Shown here one piece after another: positions 39,701 to 53,700 of a DNA stretch of 64,000 nt (positions within the stretch are counted from its first letter, which is position 1; each line of letters starts with the position of its first letter). A program made the translations under genes and the position numbers. Where the stretch lies: the NCBI RefSeq assembly GCF_035594765.1, contig NW_026943823.1:14508001-14572000 (forward strand), read 5' to 3'. The notes under the pieces are model-generated. The model searched no databases, was not told where the DNA came from, and worked only from the letters and a program-made list of their open reading frames with translations. The stretch comes from Anolis carolinensis (Eukaryota).

Positions 39701-42700
39701 CTCCCTCCCTCCCTGCCAGACAGAGCCCACAACCAGCCAGCCCAACACTGGCAATCCCCTCAAGCCTTCATTTCAGGCCCCCGGCCACTGACCTCTTCTG
39801 ATCCAACTTGACTTTCTCCACTTCTCTGTGCAAAGATGTTATCTATAAGAAACACAGGAAGGAATGACTCGCCTGACAATGGTACCACCTCCTCAGCAGA
39901 GTAAAAAAGAAAGGAAAAACTAGTGAGGGACTTGCAGAAGGGAGAACAGAGCACAGAAGGACAGGAGAGCTGGATCACCTTTTCCCCGTTCTCGATCAGA
40001 GTCCGGTCCCAGGCGTTGACTTGGGTGGCCTGCTGCAGGAAGTGCTTTTCCTGGTCCTCCAGCTCCAGGCTCCACTTGTTAATCAGGCTCTCCAGCTGAG
40101 CATAGGTCATGACTGGGGGAGCCCTGGAAGGTGGGAGAAATAATAATAACAATAAAACTTTATTTATATTCTGCCCTATCTCCCCGAAGGGACTCAGGGC
40201 AGATTCCAGGCATAAAAGGCAAACATTCAATTCCTGAACACAACAACACTACACTCATAATAACAAAAAATTGATATTAAAATTGATATAAAAACAAATG
40301 ATGACTTAACAACTAAAATTAAATAAGAAATGCAACCTGTTATATCAGACATAAAGCAAAACATCGAACAGAAGCGTCCATTTCCCAGTTCCTTGGGGGC
40401 AAATAGATTGATCAGGAAGCACTGTGGGAGACGTAGGGGCAAAGGGCAGCACCCTTTGTCAGAACCGGGGGGGAGGGGGGGGGCAAGGCATGATCCACTA
40501 GCCTTGAGCCCTAGCATATCATTATTGTTTGTATCCTGCTTTTTCTCCCTAAAAAGAGACTTAAAGTGGCTAACAAACCAATACAATACAACTAAAAACC
40601 TGAAAATATACAAATCTTAAGCATAAAATTAAAATACAATGTCACAAGATCCCAAGCACACACGCTGGACTTACGCAACTGTGGTGGTGGCCACAGTGGA
40701 TGTGGAGGCCACAGTAGTGGTTGGGGCCATTGACTTCAGGTTCAACATGAATCCTGTACTAGGTGCTGAGGCAGTACCTGTTGGAGAGAAAATGCTCCTC
40801 CATCAGATGAGGATGGAATGGGAACTGGATGGCAGGCTGCAGCCCAGCTTAGGGTAAAGGATGACCCAAGAAAAGTGCTAGAAGACTCTCTTGTGACCAC
40901 TGTGACTCCCACGAATGACGGACCTGGACCAAAACTTAGCACACAAAACCCCCATGATCCATCTCATGCCCTGGTAAAGTTTGGGGAGGACAAACCACAG
41001 ACAATGGACTTTGCAGGACCTTCACTCAATTAGGATCCCACAGACCATTGTGGCCCCTACAAGTCACGGATCTGGATCAAACTTGGCACACAGACACCCC
41101 TTGAGAGGTCACCATCTCCTCGAGTGAAATCTGTCCCACCCACAGCATTCTCAGTCTAGGAATTACAATTGCTCCTGAAATAAAATCCAGACTCCACGGT
41201 TTGTGGGTTTTGCCGATTGGCTCTCTGGTAAGCCATTGTGAGCTCTTTTCAGGGGAACCAGCACAAATTTTAACAAGGATGGCAATAACCAGGGTATATG
41301 GGCTTCTACAGCATCCAAAACTCTTTGCTCAAGGGCTGGTGCAAGGAAGAATCCCTCCCTCCCAGAACACCTTGTCTCCCAGTCCTTACTAGTTATACTG
41401 GGGGCAGTCGCTGCCGTTGTTGTTCCAGGAGCCTTTAAGCCAAACCCCAAATCAAGAGTGGGGGCCGTTGTCCCAGTGGAGGTGGTGCCAACTGCAAAGA
41501 TAAATAAAGTCTGACTAAATTATATGATACAGAGATTTTAAAAACACTGACATGTGAAGGACCCAAAAGAGAGCCAGACTCTCCATCACTTACGCAAGAG
41601 GCTAATTGGAGCAGAAGTAGTTGCTGCCTGGGAGGAGGCTGCGATGGAGGCAAACAGAGTGGGGACAGATGCGCCACCAATAAGGGGATTCGAAGTTGTG
41701 GTGGCAGTAGCTGTGGAGGCTGGAGTGGTACCTGTGAGGCAGAGGGCATATACAAGGTGTTTGAAAAAGAACTCCCTAGTTTTAAGTTAAAGCACATTAA
41801 AACTAGGGAGTTCTTTTTCAAACACCCTGTATTTTGGTGTCTTAAGAGTCATCTCAGGAGACCATCCTGTTGGTCAGATTGGGGATGGCATTTAAATCCA
41901 TTGAATAATGACAATAAAGTTATTCTATTACTCAACCTCAAGACCAACCTACCTCCAAGCTTAGCTCCAAAGGACAGAGTTGGTGCCTGAGCTATGGATC
42001 CTGTGGAGGAAGCAGGGGCAGCGGAGGAGGTCAGCAAGCCAAACCCGGAGCCTGGAAGGGAAAACAAAATCAGCCAGGGATGGCTCCCCCAGCCTCCCGC
42101 CTTTCTCCTCTTTCCAAACTAGGAGGGGCCCCTCTAGCCAAACAAAGGCCGACGGGCTCCCAGGAGGACTTCCCCAAGCAAAGCAGCCTCCCACCTGTGG
42201 ATTGGGTCCCAAGGCTGAAGACGGTTGCAGGCTGGGACGCAGTTGCTATGGGGGCAGCGCTGCTGGCTGAGGCTAATCCAAATGTTAACCCAGGAGCCGA
42301 TGCTGGCTGCACCGCATTCCCTGCCGAGCCAAGGCTGAACCCGGGGGCTGCTGCCGCCGCCGCCTGAGTGGTGCCCGCACTGCCGAAGCTGAACCCTCCT
42401 CCTCCTCCTCCTCCTCCTCCTGTGGTGGCGGCCTGGCTGCTGGCGGAGGAGCCAAACACAAAGCCCGAGGGAGCAGCTGGCTGAGCAGCTGCAGCACTGC
42501 TTGGGATGGAGCTGGCTAGCCCACCACCGCTGCTGCTACTGAGGCCGAAGCCTCCCATGATGCCAGGTGCCTGCGTTGTGCCCAGGTTCAGCTTGGGAGC
42601 ATTTCCCCTGAAGAAAGAAAAAAACTGAAGGATAATACTCAAAAAATATATGACTACTGAACTTAACATTTAGTGAGCATATTACTCTTCTCTTTGATAT

Positions 42701-43481
42701 TGGGGATACATGGAGTGTTGTTGAAGGCTTTTATGACTGGAATCACTGGGTTACTGTGAGTTTTCCAGGCTGTGTGGACATGTTCCAGAAGCATTCACTC
42801 CTGAAGTTTCGCCCACATCTATGGCAGACATCCTCTGGGGTTGCCTAGTTTCCCTTGCCTAGTTTCCAAGAGACCTCACAACATCTCAGGATGCCTGCCA
42901 CAGATATGGGTGAAACGTCAGGAGAGAATGCTTCTGGAACATGGCCATGCAGCCCGGAAAACTCACAGCAACCCAGCTTCCTAACAGTTCAACAGGGCTA
43001 TTTTTTGCCTCATGGTGTGGGGGAAGCTCATTTTTTGGAAGCTTTTAAATAGAGGCTGGACTAAATGGCCCATGTGATCTCTTCCAACTCTATGAGTCTA
43101 TGATTCTCTTCTATGATTCCCTGGCAGACAGGGGTCTCACCCCAAGGCGAAGATGCTTCCAGCAGGAGCTGCTGCAGGAGGAGGGGCAGCGGAAGTCCCA
43201 AAGCTGAAGCCGGAGGTCTGGGCCGGGGTGGAGGAGGAAGTGGCTGCGGGGGCAAAGGAGAAGAGGCCGGCCGGCTGGGCACCCGTTGTGGCGGCCGGGG
43301 TCCCGAAGCTGAAGCCCCCTCCTGCCCCTGTTGCTCCAGAGGCAGCTGAGGAGGAGAAGGAGAAGCCCCCTGGGGGGGCCCCGCTGCTGGGCGCTGTCTT
43401 GGGGGTCCCAAAAGTGAAGCCACCCCCTGCGGAGGAGGAGGAGCCAGGGGCTCCCGGAGTCCCGAAGTTGAACTGGCTCAT
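36786..43481 (-). CDS. NUP62: Nucleoporin p62, full-length intron-containing gene, about 598 aa; join(43141..43481, 42195..42607, 41953..42051, 41594..41731, 41390..41491, 40675..40777, 39979..40123, 39793..39842, 39484..39618, 39059..39170, 37215..37281, 36786..36877)
   Basis: MSQFNFG...GGFTFGTPKT FxFG repeats, Thr/Ala linker, Nsp1-C coiled coil MTYAQLESLINKWSLELEDQEKHFLQQATQVNAWDRTLIENGEK...LQQICKILNAHMDSLQWIDQNS...KEQERSFRITFD*. All 11 coding introns are GT-AG with matching phases. Non-coding exon 1 donor at 44560-44561. Confidence 0.95.
36991..37140. mobile_element. hAT palindromic MITE (CAGGCATGGGCAAACTT TIR); related copies at 33123-33263 and from 44924
   Basis: Terminal inverted repeats and internal palindrome visible. 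Confidence 0.7.
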
Positions 43482-43885
43482 GGTGAAGGAACAAACAGAC
43501 ACCGCCGCCGGGCCTGGAAAAGAAGGAAGGAGATGAAGGCAGTCCCCAGATGCACAAATACCACCCCCAAACCACACACAGCAGACTCTCAACTGGATCC
43601 CTTAAGCAACCGGAAAAACATCAAAGAAATAATACAGTGCTACCTTCGTGAAGCTGTTTATATAGGTTTGTGAGGGAGAAAAGTGGGATATAAATAAAGA
43701 TTATTATTATTATTGTACAGTGGAAGTAATACAGGATGTCCATAGAGTCTCTTTACCATTTCAATTATTTACTTATATATTTATCTATCACATCAGAAGC
43801 AAACTGAGAATATAGTTTTATTATGTATATTGTATTGTTTTGTTTTTATCATGTTGGAAAACCGCCCTGAGTCCCCTGCGGAGAT

Positions 43886-44214
43886 AGTAAAGTTAAAGGT
43901 TTTCCCCTGACGTTAAGTCCACTCATGACCGACTCTGGGGGTTGGTGCTCATCTCCATTTCTAAGCCAAAGAGCCGGCGTTGTCCGTAGACACCTCCAAG
44001 GTCATGTGGCCGGCATGACTGCATGGAGCGCCCTTACCTTCCCACCGGAGCGGTACCTATTGATCTACTCACATTGTCATGTTTTCAAACTGCTAGGTTG
44101 GCAGGAGCTGGGGCTAACAGCGGGCACTCATTCCGCTCCCGGGATTTGAACCTGGGACCTTTTGGTCCTCAAGTTCAGCAGCTCAGCGCTTTAACGCACT
44201 GTGCCACCAGGGTC
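43886..44214 (-). mobile_element. Sauria SINE in NUP62 intron 1
   Basis: Same consensus as the other Sauria copies. Confidence 0.85.
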
Positions 44215-44559
44215 CTGGCACATTACAGAGATACAGCGGTATATAAATAAAGTTTTATTATTATGAAGTGCCTTTGCACAATGATGGTCATTTCAGGGCC
44301 TTGCTGAGATTTCCAGATCAGGCCTCAAAAGTCATCTCTGGCGGGGGGGGGGGGGGGGGGGGTCAACCCCTCACGATTTTTTTTCTAGCTACGGGCCTGG
44401 TACATTACGGGGTATAGATTTAGGCCCCTGTTTAAGAGTCACTCTCAAAGAAACAGAGGCTACATTTATCACCTACCAAGCCCCACACACACACACCCCA
44501 CGGGCCAGGGGATGATGGGAGTCGCGGTGCGGCAAAAAAGCTTCACCGGGTCCTGACTC

Positions 44560-44728
44560 ACCTGCGACGCTTCCGCCTTCCTTCGCGCGAATCTGTGACG
44601 CACTCCTTTCGCGCCTGAGCCCTGCGAGCAGGCAGGGCAGGCGCCGATTGGACGGCGCTGCAGCCAATGAGAGGAGCGAGCGGTTGCCGTGGCGACGAAG
44701 GGACGCAGAAGCAGAGCTGGGAGCCGCC
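44560..44728. promoter_or_regulatory. Bidirectional CpG-island promoter shared by NUP62 and PIH1D3
   Basis: The NUP62 exon 1 donor (44561) and the PIH1D3 ATG (44729) are under 170 bp apart; two CCAAT boxes (44647 reverse, 44664); X-box-like GTTGCCGTGGCGAC 44683-44696. Confidence 0.8.
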
Positions 44729-47700
44729 ATGGCCGCCATGGAGCCGGAGCTGGGCCTTGGGGGTGGCCTGTTGGCACTAGCCGCGCTGCTCTCCGACCCC
44801 TCAGAGGGACCCCAGGAGGAGGAGGACGAGGAGGCCTCTTCCTCGCGGGGGAGGAGCCTGGGGCCCGGGCACATTGGGGCCCCGAAGGTGGCGGTGGGGC
44901 CCACAGGTGAGTCTCTCTGGGCCAGGCCTGGGCAAAGTTGGGCCCTCCAGGTGTTTTGGTCTTCAACTCCCAGAATTCCTAACAGCCTCAGGCCCCTTCC
45001 TTAAACGGCTGAGGGGGAAAAGGAAGGGGCTTGAGGCTGTTAGGAATTCTGGGGGTTAAAGTCCAAAACTATACAAAATACCAGAATACTTGTAAAGTAT
45101 CTATACAAACACACGATAGTCTATGTGCAAAGAAAATGTGTCCAAATAACATATATTATTAAAGATCCCCGTACAAAGCTCAATTTGGCCGTACCAGACA
45201 AAATGAAAAGGAGCAACAGCTCTAACACAAAAGTTATTCAAGTCTGGTATTGGTTCCAATGTATATAGGCTTCAAGGATACATAGTCAATGAAAATATCT
45301 TCCAAACAATTTAAACAGATGGTTGGTCATGTTGCTGTATACTGGAATGAAGAAAATAATGATGGAGCACCGCACTCAAAAGAGTCTTCGAAAGTAAAGA
45401 GATTAGGCAAGCCCCCACACTAGCAGCCTTCAAGAAAGACTTGAAAACATGGCTCTTTCGCTGCGCTTTTGGAGAGTAACCATTTTATATTTCTTTTCCG
45501 TTGCTCCCTCTAATATCTATCCTCCAGAATACCCCACTCCCTTATGACCCTGTTCACTGTGGTTTTTATTTTTATGTCTTTCTCACACCGAGTTTTAACT
45601 TAATGTTCATGTGGTCTGCCCTTGTTTTTATTGTCTCCTTGTTTTATTTTGTAATGGATATTATTTACTGTATTGTTTATTGTATTGTGTTGTGCTGTTC
45701 TTTTATATGCTGTTTACATTGTATTGTTTTGGGCGTGGCCCCATGTAAGCCGCCCCGAGTCCCCATTGGGGAGATGGTGGCGGGGTATAAATAAAATTTT
45801 ATTATTATTATTATTATTATTAAAGTCCAAATAAAGTCCCAAGTCTGCAGGGGTCCCGGGTATTTTTGTACCCTGTTTCAGGGAGAAAATCCCCTTCTTC
45901 AGGAGTTGTTATACTCAGCAACAATGAATTTCTATCTAAAACAAAACAAGTATTTTACCAGCAGTATTAACAGAAGTAAAGGTAACTCATATAACAGTAT
46001 TATACTTACATAGTGCCTAATTGCTTACACTAAGTGACTCTGCTTGTGGTGATTTCAACTGCGAGTGATTCTGGAGTTTCATTCAAAGGTTTTTAAAGAG
46101 TACTTGGTAATTTAAAGAGTACAGTAGAGTCTCACTTATCCAACATAAACGGGCCAGCAGAATGTTGGATAAGCGAATATGTTGGATAATAAGGAGATAT
46201 TAAGGAGAAGCCTATTAAACACCAAATTAGGTTATGATTTTACAAATTAAGCACCAAAACATCATGTTAGACAACAAATTTGACAGAAAAATTAGTTCAA
46301 TACACAGTAATGCTATGTAGTAATTACTGTATTTACAAATTTAGCACCAAAATATCATGATGTATTGAAAACATTGACTACAAAAATGCGTTGGATAATC
46401 CAGAATGTTGGATAAGCGAGTCTTGGATAAGTGAGACTCTACTGTACTTTGCCCATGCCTACTCTGGGCCGTCATGCAAGCTGATGGGAAGCCCCAGGGA
46501 AGAATCCCATTGCAGGGGAAGGTGAGGGGAGACATTGGGGGGGGGGGGGGCAAGAAGAAGATAATAGAATAAGGAGATGAAATGAATAAGATATAATAAA
46601 TATATAATACAATAATATAACCAAATAATCACCACATACCTCCAAGATCATAAGGTACCTTAACATCCGCATTTATTTATCTATTTATCATGTCAGAAGC
46701 GAATTGGGGGTTTGTTTTTTTATTTCGTGTCAAAAGCATTGCACAACCTCTGAGGATGCCTGCCATAGATGTGGGTGAAACATCAGGAGAGAATACTCCT
46801 AGAACATGGCCATACAGCCCGGAAAACATACAACAACTCTGTGATCCCGGCCATGAAAGCCTTTGATAACACATTGCATAATAAATAATAAATAAGTTAT
46901 TTATAATAAAAAATAAGTTTAAAAGTGATAAAATAAAGGAGTCACAAGCAACTAAATAGCTTTAGACCAAAAGCGGGCAACAACGACCACATTGTCCATA
47001 GCTTTAAACAACTTCCTCCGTACATGAGGCAGGACATTGTGGGCAAGCATACATATGCGAGTTGTTTGTTCTGCTCCACAGTCACACAAGGTGGAGGATT
47101 CCTCCATGTAGTACCATCTTGCCAGGTTGTCTTTTGATCTACCCACTCTGCTTCTGAGGCTGTTCAGGGACTTCCAAGTTGCCCATTCTTGGTTTGCCCC
47201 TGGAGGCAGAATCCTCATGAGAGGCCATCCAGTTGGGATTGCCTGGTTTAGCTGCCCAGAGGGATACTCTTGCTATTGCTGGGGGAACATTAAGAGGAGT
47301 GGTGGTTTTCATGAAGCTTTTCCTTCATTTGAGTCTACTGGGAGGAGGCTGATAGTCATGCAGTGGATGGCTTTCACAGTATTCAACCTTATTTCTCTCA
47401 CAGTTAGCAGCAACTTCCCATCGCACATCAGGGGGGTAAAATTATAATTTTTTTTTTCAAACAAACAAAAAACACAAACAAAGTAAAAACTTGGCATTAT
47501 ACTAGATTTCCTTTAACCAGAAGCTGGCCACTTGTAGTGTCTCTGGTGTCGCTCTGAGATGATCCTTCATTGTGCATGTGGCAGGGCTCATGCTGCATTG
47601 TAGTAAGTAGTATGTGGTTTGAAGCCTCCCTGCTGAATCATAGCACATCCGGGCATCCTCGGGGCAATATCTTTGTAGACGGCTGATTCTCTCACACTAG

Positions 47701-50700
47701 AAGTGACCTGCAGTAAGAAATGGGCCTACAGAGTGGAGTCCATGACATGAGAATGTGCAGAACATATACAAAGCCCTGGAGTGTTTACTGGGATCTGCCC
47801 AATGTTAATCAGAATTTTGAAAAGGATGTCTTTTTAATTCCAATTTTTGGAACATGGCATTAATAACCATTTGGAGATAATAACCTTTTGGAGAAGCATG
47901 ACCTTTCAGAGAAGAGCCAAAAACCTGTTTGAGTAGTATCTTCTCAAACAGTATACAACCAAATGTAATATGCAAGGCAATGTCTTCAGTGTTAGACAAA
48001 CCTATTGTCTCTGATCTGTTAAGAAAAGAGACTATGTCAGTGCATAAAAACAGCAGAGTTTCAGAAGTGTTTTTCAGTGCCCCAAAATATATCTACTCTC
48101 CCATAACCTAGACTTGACGTCCCCTAGATCACCCCCCCACCCACAATGCTGGCCGGGTGTTCTGGCCTTTACACCTGCCCCTCATTACTTTGAGGGCTCT
48201 ATTTATGACCACTTGGTAATTGGCCATGCCCCACCTCCTTTTCAGGGGGCCAGTCGAACATTGGGCACCTAGTTTCTGCTGTAGAGCCCCCAAGAGAAGT
48301 AGGTCTGTGTATGGGAATTCCTACGATCTCTGGGAGGGGGAGATATGACGGTAGGCTCAGGCCGAATATTAGAGGGAGGCTGAGTCGACGGAAGACTCGG
48401 CCCCCCTCTGACCTGCGGCCTATCCCCAAGTGCACCTATGACAGGCGACCAGTTTCCTCCCCTCCTACCCTGGTGTTGGTGAATGCTAGGTCCATAAGGA
48501 ATAAAACTGCTACTATCAGAGATTTTCTTACTGACCAGGGAGCTGACCTAGTGTGTATCACTGAAACCTGGATCCAAGAGGGGGACGAGATCCTACTCCA
48601 GGAAATAACATCTCCAGGTTATGTAATCACCCGCCAGATGCGGAGTGGGAGGCGGGGGGGTGGGGTGGCTATGCTCTCCCGAGAAAGCTTTTCTCTTAGG
48701 GCAGTTCCTGTTGTGGACATCTCTGGCACTGAATGTGTTGGTCTGGTGTGGGATTCCCCTGAGAGCATGGCCTTTCTGCTGGTGTACCGTGCGCCTAGTG
48801 CACCAGCAGACAGCCTATCCCAGCTGCTCGAGACTGTGTCGGAGTGGTCCTTGAGGTTCCCCAGACTTGTTGTCCTGGGGGACTTCAATGTCCACGCTGA
48901 TACGGACTCTTGCTCAGCAGCGGCTATGGACCTAGTGTCTACCATGGAGACACTAGGACTCTTGCTCTGCAGTACTGGGCCCACGCATCAAGCAGGACAT
49001 ACGCTAGACTTGATCTTCAGCGCAGGAATTCAAGTGACCCAAGCCTCTATTTTAGAGGTTCCATGGTCAGATCACTGTGCCCTGAGAGTCAGGCTGGAGC
49101 ATGCCTACCCACCTGGCAAGGGCGCCGAGCCGATTTGGGCTCGCCCAAGAAGACTTATGGAACCTAGTAGGTTCCAGAATGCTCTGAAGGACCTGGAGCC
49201 TGTCAGCGACTCAATCGATGTGCAGGTGGACATGTGGAACATCAGGCTGTCCAATGCACTCGACGAGATCGCCCCTAGACGCCCTCTCCAACCCCGCCGA
49301 AATCGGTCTCCTTGGTTCACCGAGGAACTTCGATCGATGAAGCGGGAAAAGAGACGGCTAGAGGGCGTGTGGCGAGAACTTCATGACAGAGCTTCGAGAT
49401 CAGCTTACAGGGCATTTATTGGAGTCCTATGAGCATGCTACCATCGAAGCAAAGAGAGTATACTATGCCTCTTTGATAGAGTCCGCCAGCTCACGCCCGG
49501 CAAAATTGTTCAAAATAATTAGATCTCTAACGACGGTTCCTACCAACCCAAAAAGTGATGATCAGACCCCTTCAGCCGAGGCTTTTCAAAGCTATTTTGC
49601 TGACAAGATCTCACTACTACGCCGGGACCTCCCCGCCACAACTGATACAATGAGAGAACTTGAGACTCCGTGGCCACTTGCTGGGCCCACCCTCGACCAG
49701 TTCATCCCACTGGACGCAGAGGGTCTCGATAGGCTCATAGCTGCAGCTAGACCGACCACTTGCTCCCTTGACCCGTGTCCCTCTTGGTTAGTAAAATCCT
49801 GCTTGGAGGGATTACGTGACCCGCTGCTGAAGATAATAAACAGCTCCCTTGAGCAAGGAGTCTTTCCAGAGGGATTAAAAGAGGCAGTGGTCTCTCCTCT
49901 GCTGAAAAAACCAGATTTAGATCGTTTGGTTCCCTCCAGCTACCGCCCAGTTTCGAATCTTTCATTTCTGGGCAAGGTGATTGAGAGGGCAGTAGCGGTG
50001 CAGCTGCAGCAGTTCCTAGACGACACAGCCGGACTGGATCCTTTCCAGTCTGGCTTCCGTGCGGGGCATGGGACAGAGACTGTATTGGTTTCCATCACAG
50101 ATCATCTCCGATGCCAGCTTGACCGGGGCGGGTCGGTGTTGCTTGTGTTATTGGATCTCACAGCAGCATTTGACACAGTCGATCACAATCTTCTGACCCA
50201 CCGCCTTGCCGTTGCTGGAGTTAGGGGGACAGCTTTAAATTGGCTGGCCTCCTTTCTTCACAACCGTGGACAGCGAGTGGAGAGGGGGGGCCTGGTCTCT
50301 GAGAGGTCCCCTCTACATTGTGGGGTTCCTCAGGGGGCCATTCTCTCCCCTCTGTTGTTTAACATCTATATGCAACCACTTGCTCAGCTGGTCCGAGATT
50401 TCGGGCTCGAGTGTTATCAATATGCTGACGACACTCAGCTTGTGTTAAAGATGGAAGGCCAACCGGAGTCTGTACCCGACAGTTTTCACCAGTGCCTCGA
50501 GGCCATTATTGGATGGTTGCGTTCCAGTAGTTTGAGGGTGAATCCAGCAAAGACGGAGCTCCTATGGCTGGGCCGACCGGGCAGTGGGGATATCCAGTTA
50601 CCAACCCTGGATGGTGAAGTGCTACGCCCGTCTTCACTAGTAAAGAGTCTGGGAGTCCTCTTGGACCCTTCACTGACGATGCAGGCCCAGGTCTCTGCCG

Positions 50701-53700
50701 TTACCAAAACTGCCTTTTTTCATCTTCGGCAGGCTAGACGGCTAGCCCCCTATCTATCTAGGGACAACCTGGCTACAGTGATCCAGGCTACAGTCATCTC
50801 GAGACTGGATTACTGTAATGCCCTTTACATTGGCCTTCCTGTGTCGGTGATCCGGAAGCTCAAAATGGTGCAAAATGCAGCTGCCCGGCTCCTTGCGGGA
50901 GTCCCCATAAGATGCCACATAACACCAATCTTACGGCAGCTGCACTGGTTACCAATTGAGCACCGGATCACTTTCAAAGTGATGGTGCTTACCTTCAAGG
51001 CCTTACATGGTCCAGGGCCGATGTACCTGAGGGACCGCCTCACCCCTTACAAACCCCAGAGATCCCTCCGTTCTGAGGACCAAGACCTGCTGGAAGTCCC
51101 CAGTTTTAAGACCTTGCGTCTAACTGCAACTAGACGCAGAGCCTTTTCAGTAGTGGCGCCATCTCTGTGGAACACCTTGCCACCTGAAGTTCGTGCCTTG
51201 CGGGACTTGTTGGCCTTCCGCAGGGCATGTAAGACACACCTGTTTCGGCAGGCTTTTGAGTTCTGTTGCTGATGTTTTAAAAGGTGCTTTTAGGATGTTT
51301 TAAAGATTTTTTTTTAAATGATGTTTTTAAAATGTTTTTTAAATTGTTGATTTTAGCCGGTTCTTGTAAGCCGCTCCGAGCCCTAGGGGAGTGGCGGCAT
51401 ATAAGTTTGAAAAATAAATAAATAAATAAAAATAAATAAATAAAAACAACTAGTTTTGTATCATGCACTCAAGAGTAAACCGTCCTGAGTCCCCTTGAGG
51501 AGATAGGGTGGTCTATAAATAAAGTTATTATTATTGTTATTGTTATTATTATTAAGAGACAAAAATGAAGTAAGCTTTGGTAAAATAACACACTTGGTTT
51601 ACTCACAACTTCGTGTGTTCAGCATAACAAGTACATAGCTTATCAGTCCAGTTTCAGATATGTTTGAGACATCTTTCTTACAAACATCAAGTGTTTGCTC
51701 TTAGCAGTTCAGGTTCAGTCTATTTGGGTGACCGCATCCCCTTGTGCGAACCTGGCTGGGCCCTGAGATCTTCAGGAGAGCCCTTCTCTCGGTCCCACCT
51801 CCATCTCAAATACAGTTGGTGGGAACAAGAGAGCGGGCCTTCTCAGTGGCTGCCCCTCGACTCTGAAACTCCCTGCCCAGGGAAGTGGTTTCATGAATCT
51901 ATGATTCTATGGCAGCAGGTTAAAACCTTTTTATTCAAACAGGCATATAAAGATGAAGGTGTTTACGATCTAGTCAGAGGATGCAATGGTTTTTCACGTT
52001 GAATATGTTTTGATGGTTTTTAACTGAAATTTGCAATGCTGTTTCTGTTTAATTCTGTTTTAATGTTTGTATATTTGTATATTTTAAATTGGATAATGAT
52101 GCTTTTATGTCAAGCCACTTTGAGTTCCCTTTGGGGATAAAAAGCAAGGTATAAATAAATATAATAATAACAAGAAGAAGAAGAGGAAGAAATGAAATAG
52201 AAATAGAATGAAATAGAATAAGCAGGGCTCAGTTCACATTTTCCCATTCACACGACAACTAGAGAGGTATTCAGAATGCAAATGACCATGAGGTCTTAAA
52301 ACAAAAGAAGATGCATCCTGAAGAATTCCATTCTACATCATCCATTAGTGTGGGAGGAGAAAAGACAAAGAGTGAGAGAAAACAGAACAACAAAAGGTCT
52401 TTCGGGAATGAGGGGGAAAGAAGGGTTTCCCTCGGCCTTGCTTAATTCTGTCTGCTTCTCATTGAGGACTATAGCAGTGTGGGGTTGAACTGCAACACAC
52501 AGGGCACCATTGTTGCCACACACGTCCCATGTTCCAGCCATGTCCCGAGGGCTCCCATCCTTGTTTCAGAGGCTGCTTGGGTCTGTGATTGTGCTGTGAG
52601 GGTGTCACGACCCAGGCTGCAGAGCACCAATAACCATACACCGAGGCCAGATTCTATCTAATATCTTTATTGAAGGAATATATAAAGTTAATAAAAGCAA
52701 GTGTATGAAATAGTCCAGAAATAGACCTTTCAGGAAAGGTCAAAATTAGTCCAAAGAAACAATGTCCAATATGAAATATTAAGGTCCAAAGTTGTAATCC
52801 AATAACCGAAACACTCACTTTGCCAGGCAAAGTGAGGGGAGATGACAAGGTCCTTTAGTCCAATGGAACTTGAGCGAGGCTAGGGAGTAACTTGAAACAG
52901 GGCTTGATACAAGGCAACAAGGACGAGGAGCAAGAACAAGATCCGTGGAATACTTGGCAAAATCCGGAAAACAAGGCAAGGCAGAGTCCTGGAAAACAAG
53001 GCTGAGTCCTAGGAAGCAAGGCAAGGTCCGCGGAGGTAAACAAGGCTGGAACGGGAACGTAGGCTTGGAAACAGGAACGAAGGCTTAGAAGCGGAGTAGC
53101 GCTGTCCACACACAACCTACTCCAGTTGCTGACGAATTGACTCCGCAAGATCCCTTTGTGGGCAAAGCACCTAAATAGGATCTAGTTTTCCCACCAAAGA
53201 GCAGTTCCCTGGAGAACCAGAAACGAAAGCTATTCTCTGAGTCCAGATGCATGACTCCTTAAAGTTTCCCATGGAAAGCAGGCTTAATCAGCTGAATGCT
53301 TAGCAGCTATCCTAGCACTCCTGCGGGACGCCTGTTGAACTCCCCTCTGTTGTTTACAAAAAGCATGGCGAGAAAACGTAGGAGATTGTGGCTCGGGGCT
53401 TGTTTGACAGACTTCTGGAAGACAAATCTCTTGCAGGTGCAAGGTTTCCAAATCTGGCTGGGAAAGTTCCAATTCTGGCTGGAACGGTGAAAAACCCAAG
53501 TTTTCCTCTTCATCTGGCACCATAGTGCCAGGAATGGGACTACATTGCCCATGGGTCATCACACTATCCCCCCCCTCAAGCCCCCTCTCAAAAATGAGCT
53601 CTCTCCCCGAAGTGCGGGACCGCGGCTTAGCAGGGTAGTTCTGATGGAAGCGGCGGGCTAAATCAGGGGCATGGACTGCGGAAGCGTCTACCCAAGAGCG

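Noticed and set aside
44469-44966. WRPW motif suggesting RIPPLY1
   Set aside because: It is the antisense reading of PIH1D3 exon 1 in GC-rich DNA; no Ripply/Bowline domain (HPVRL...) is visible.
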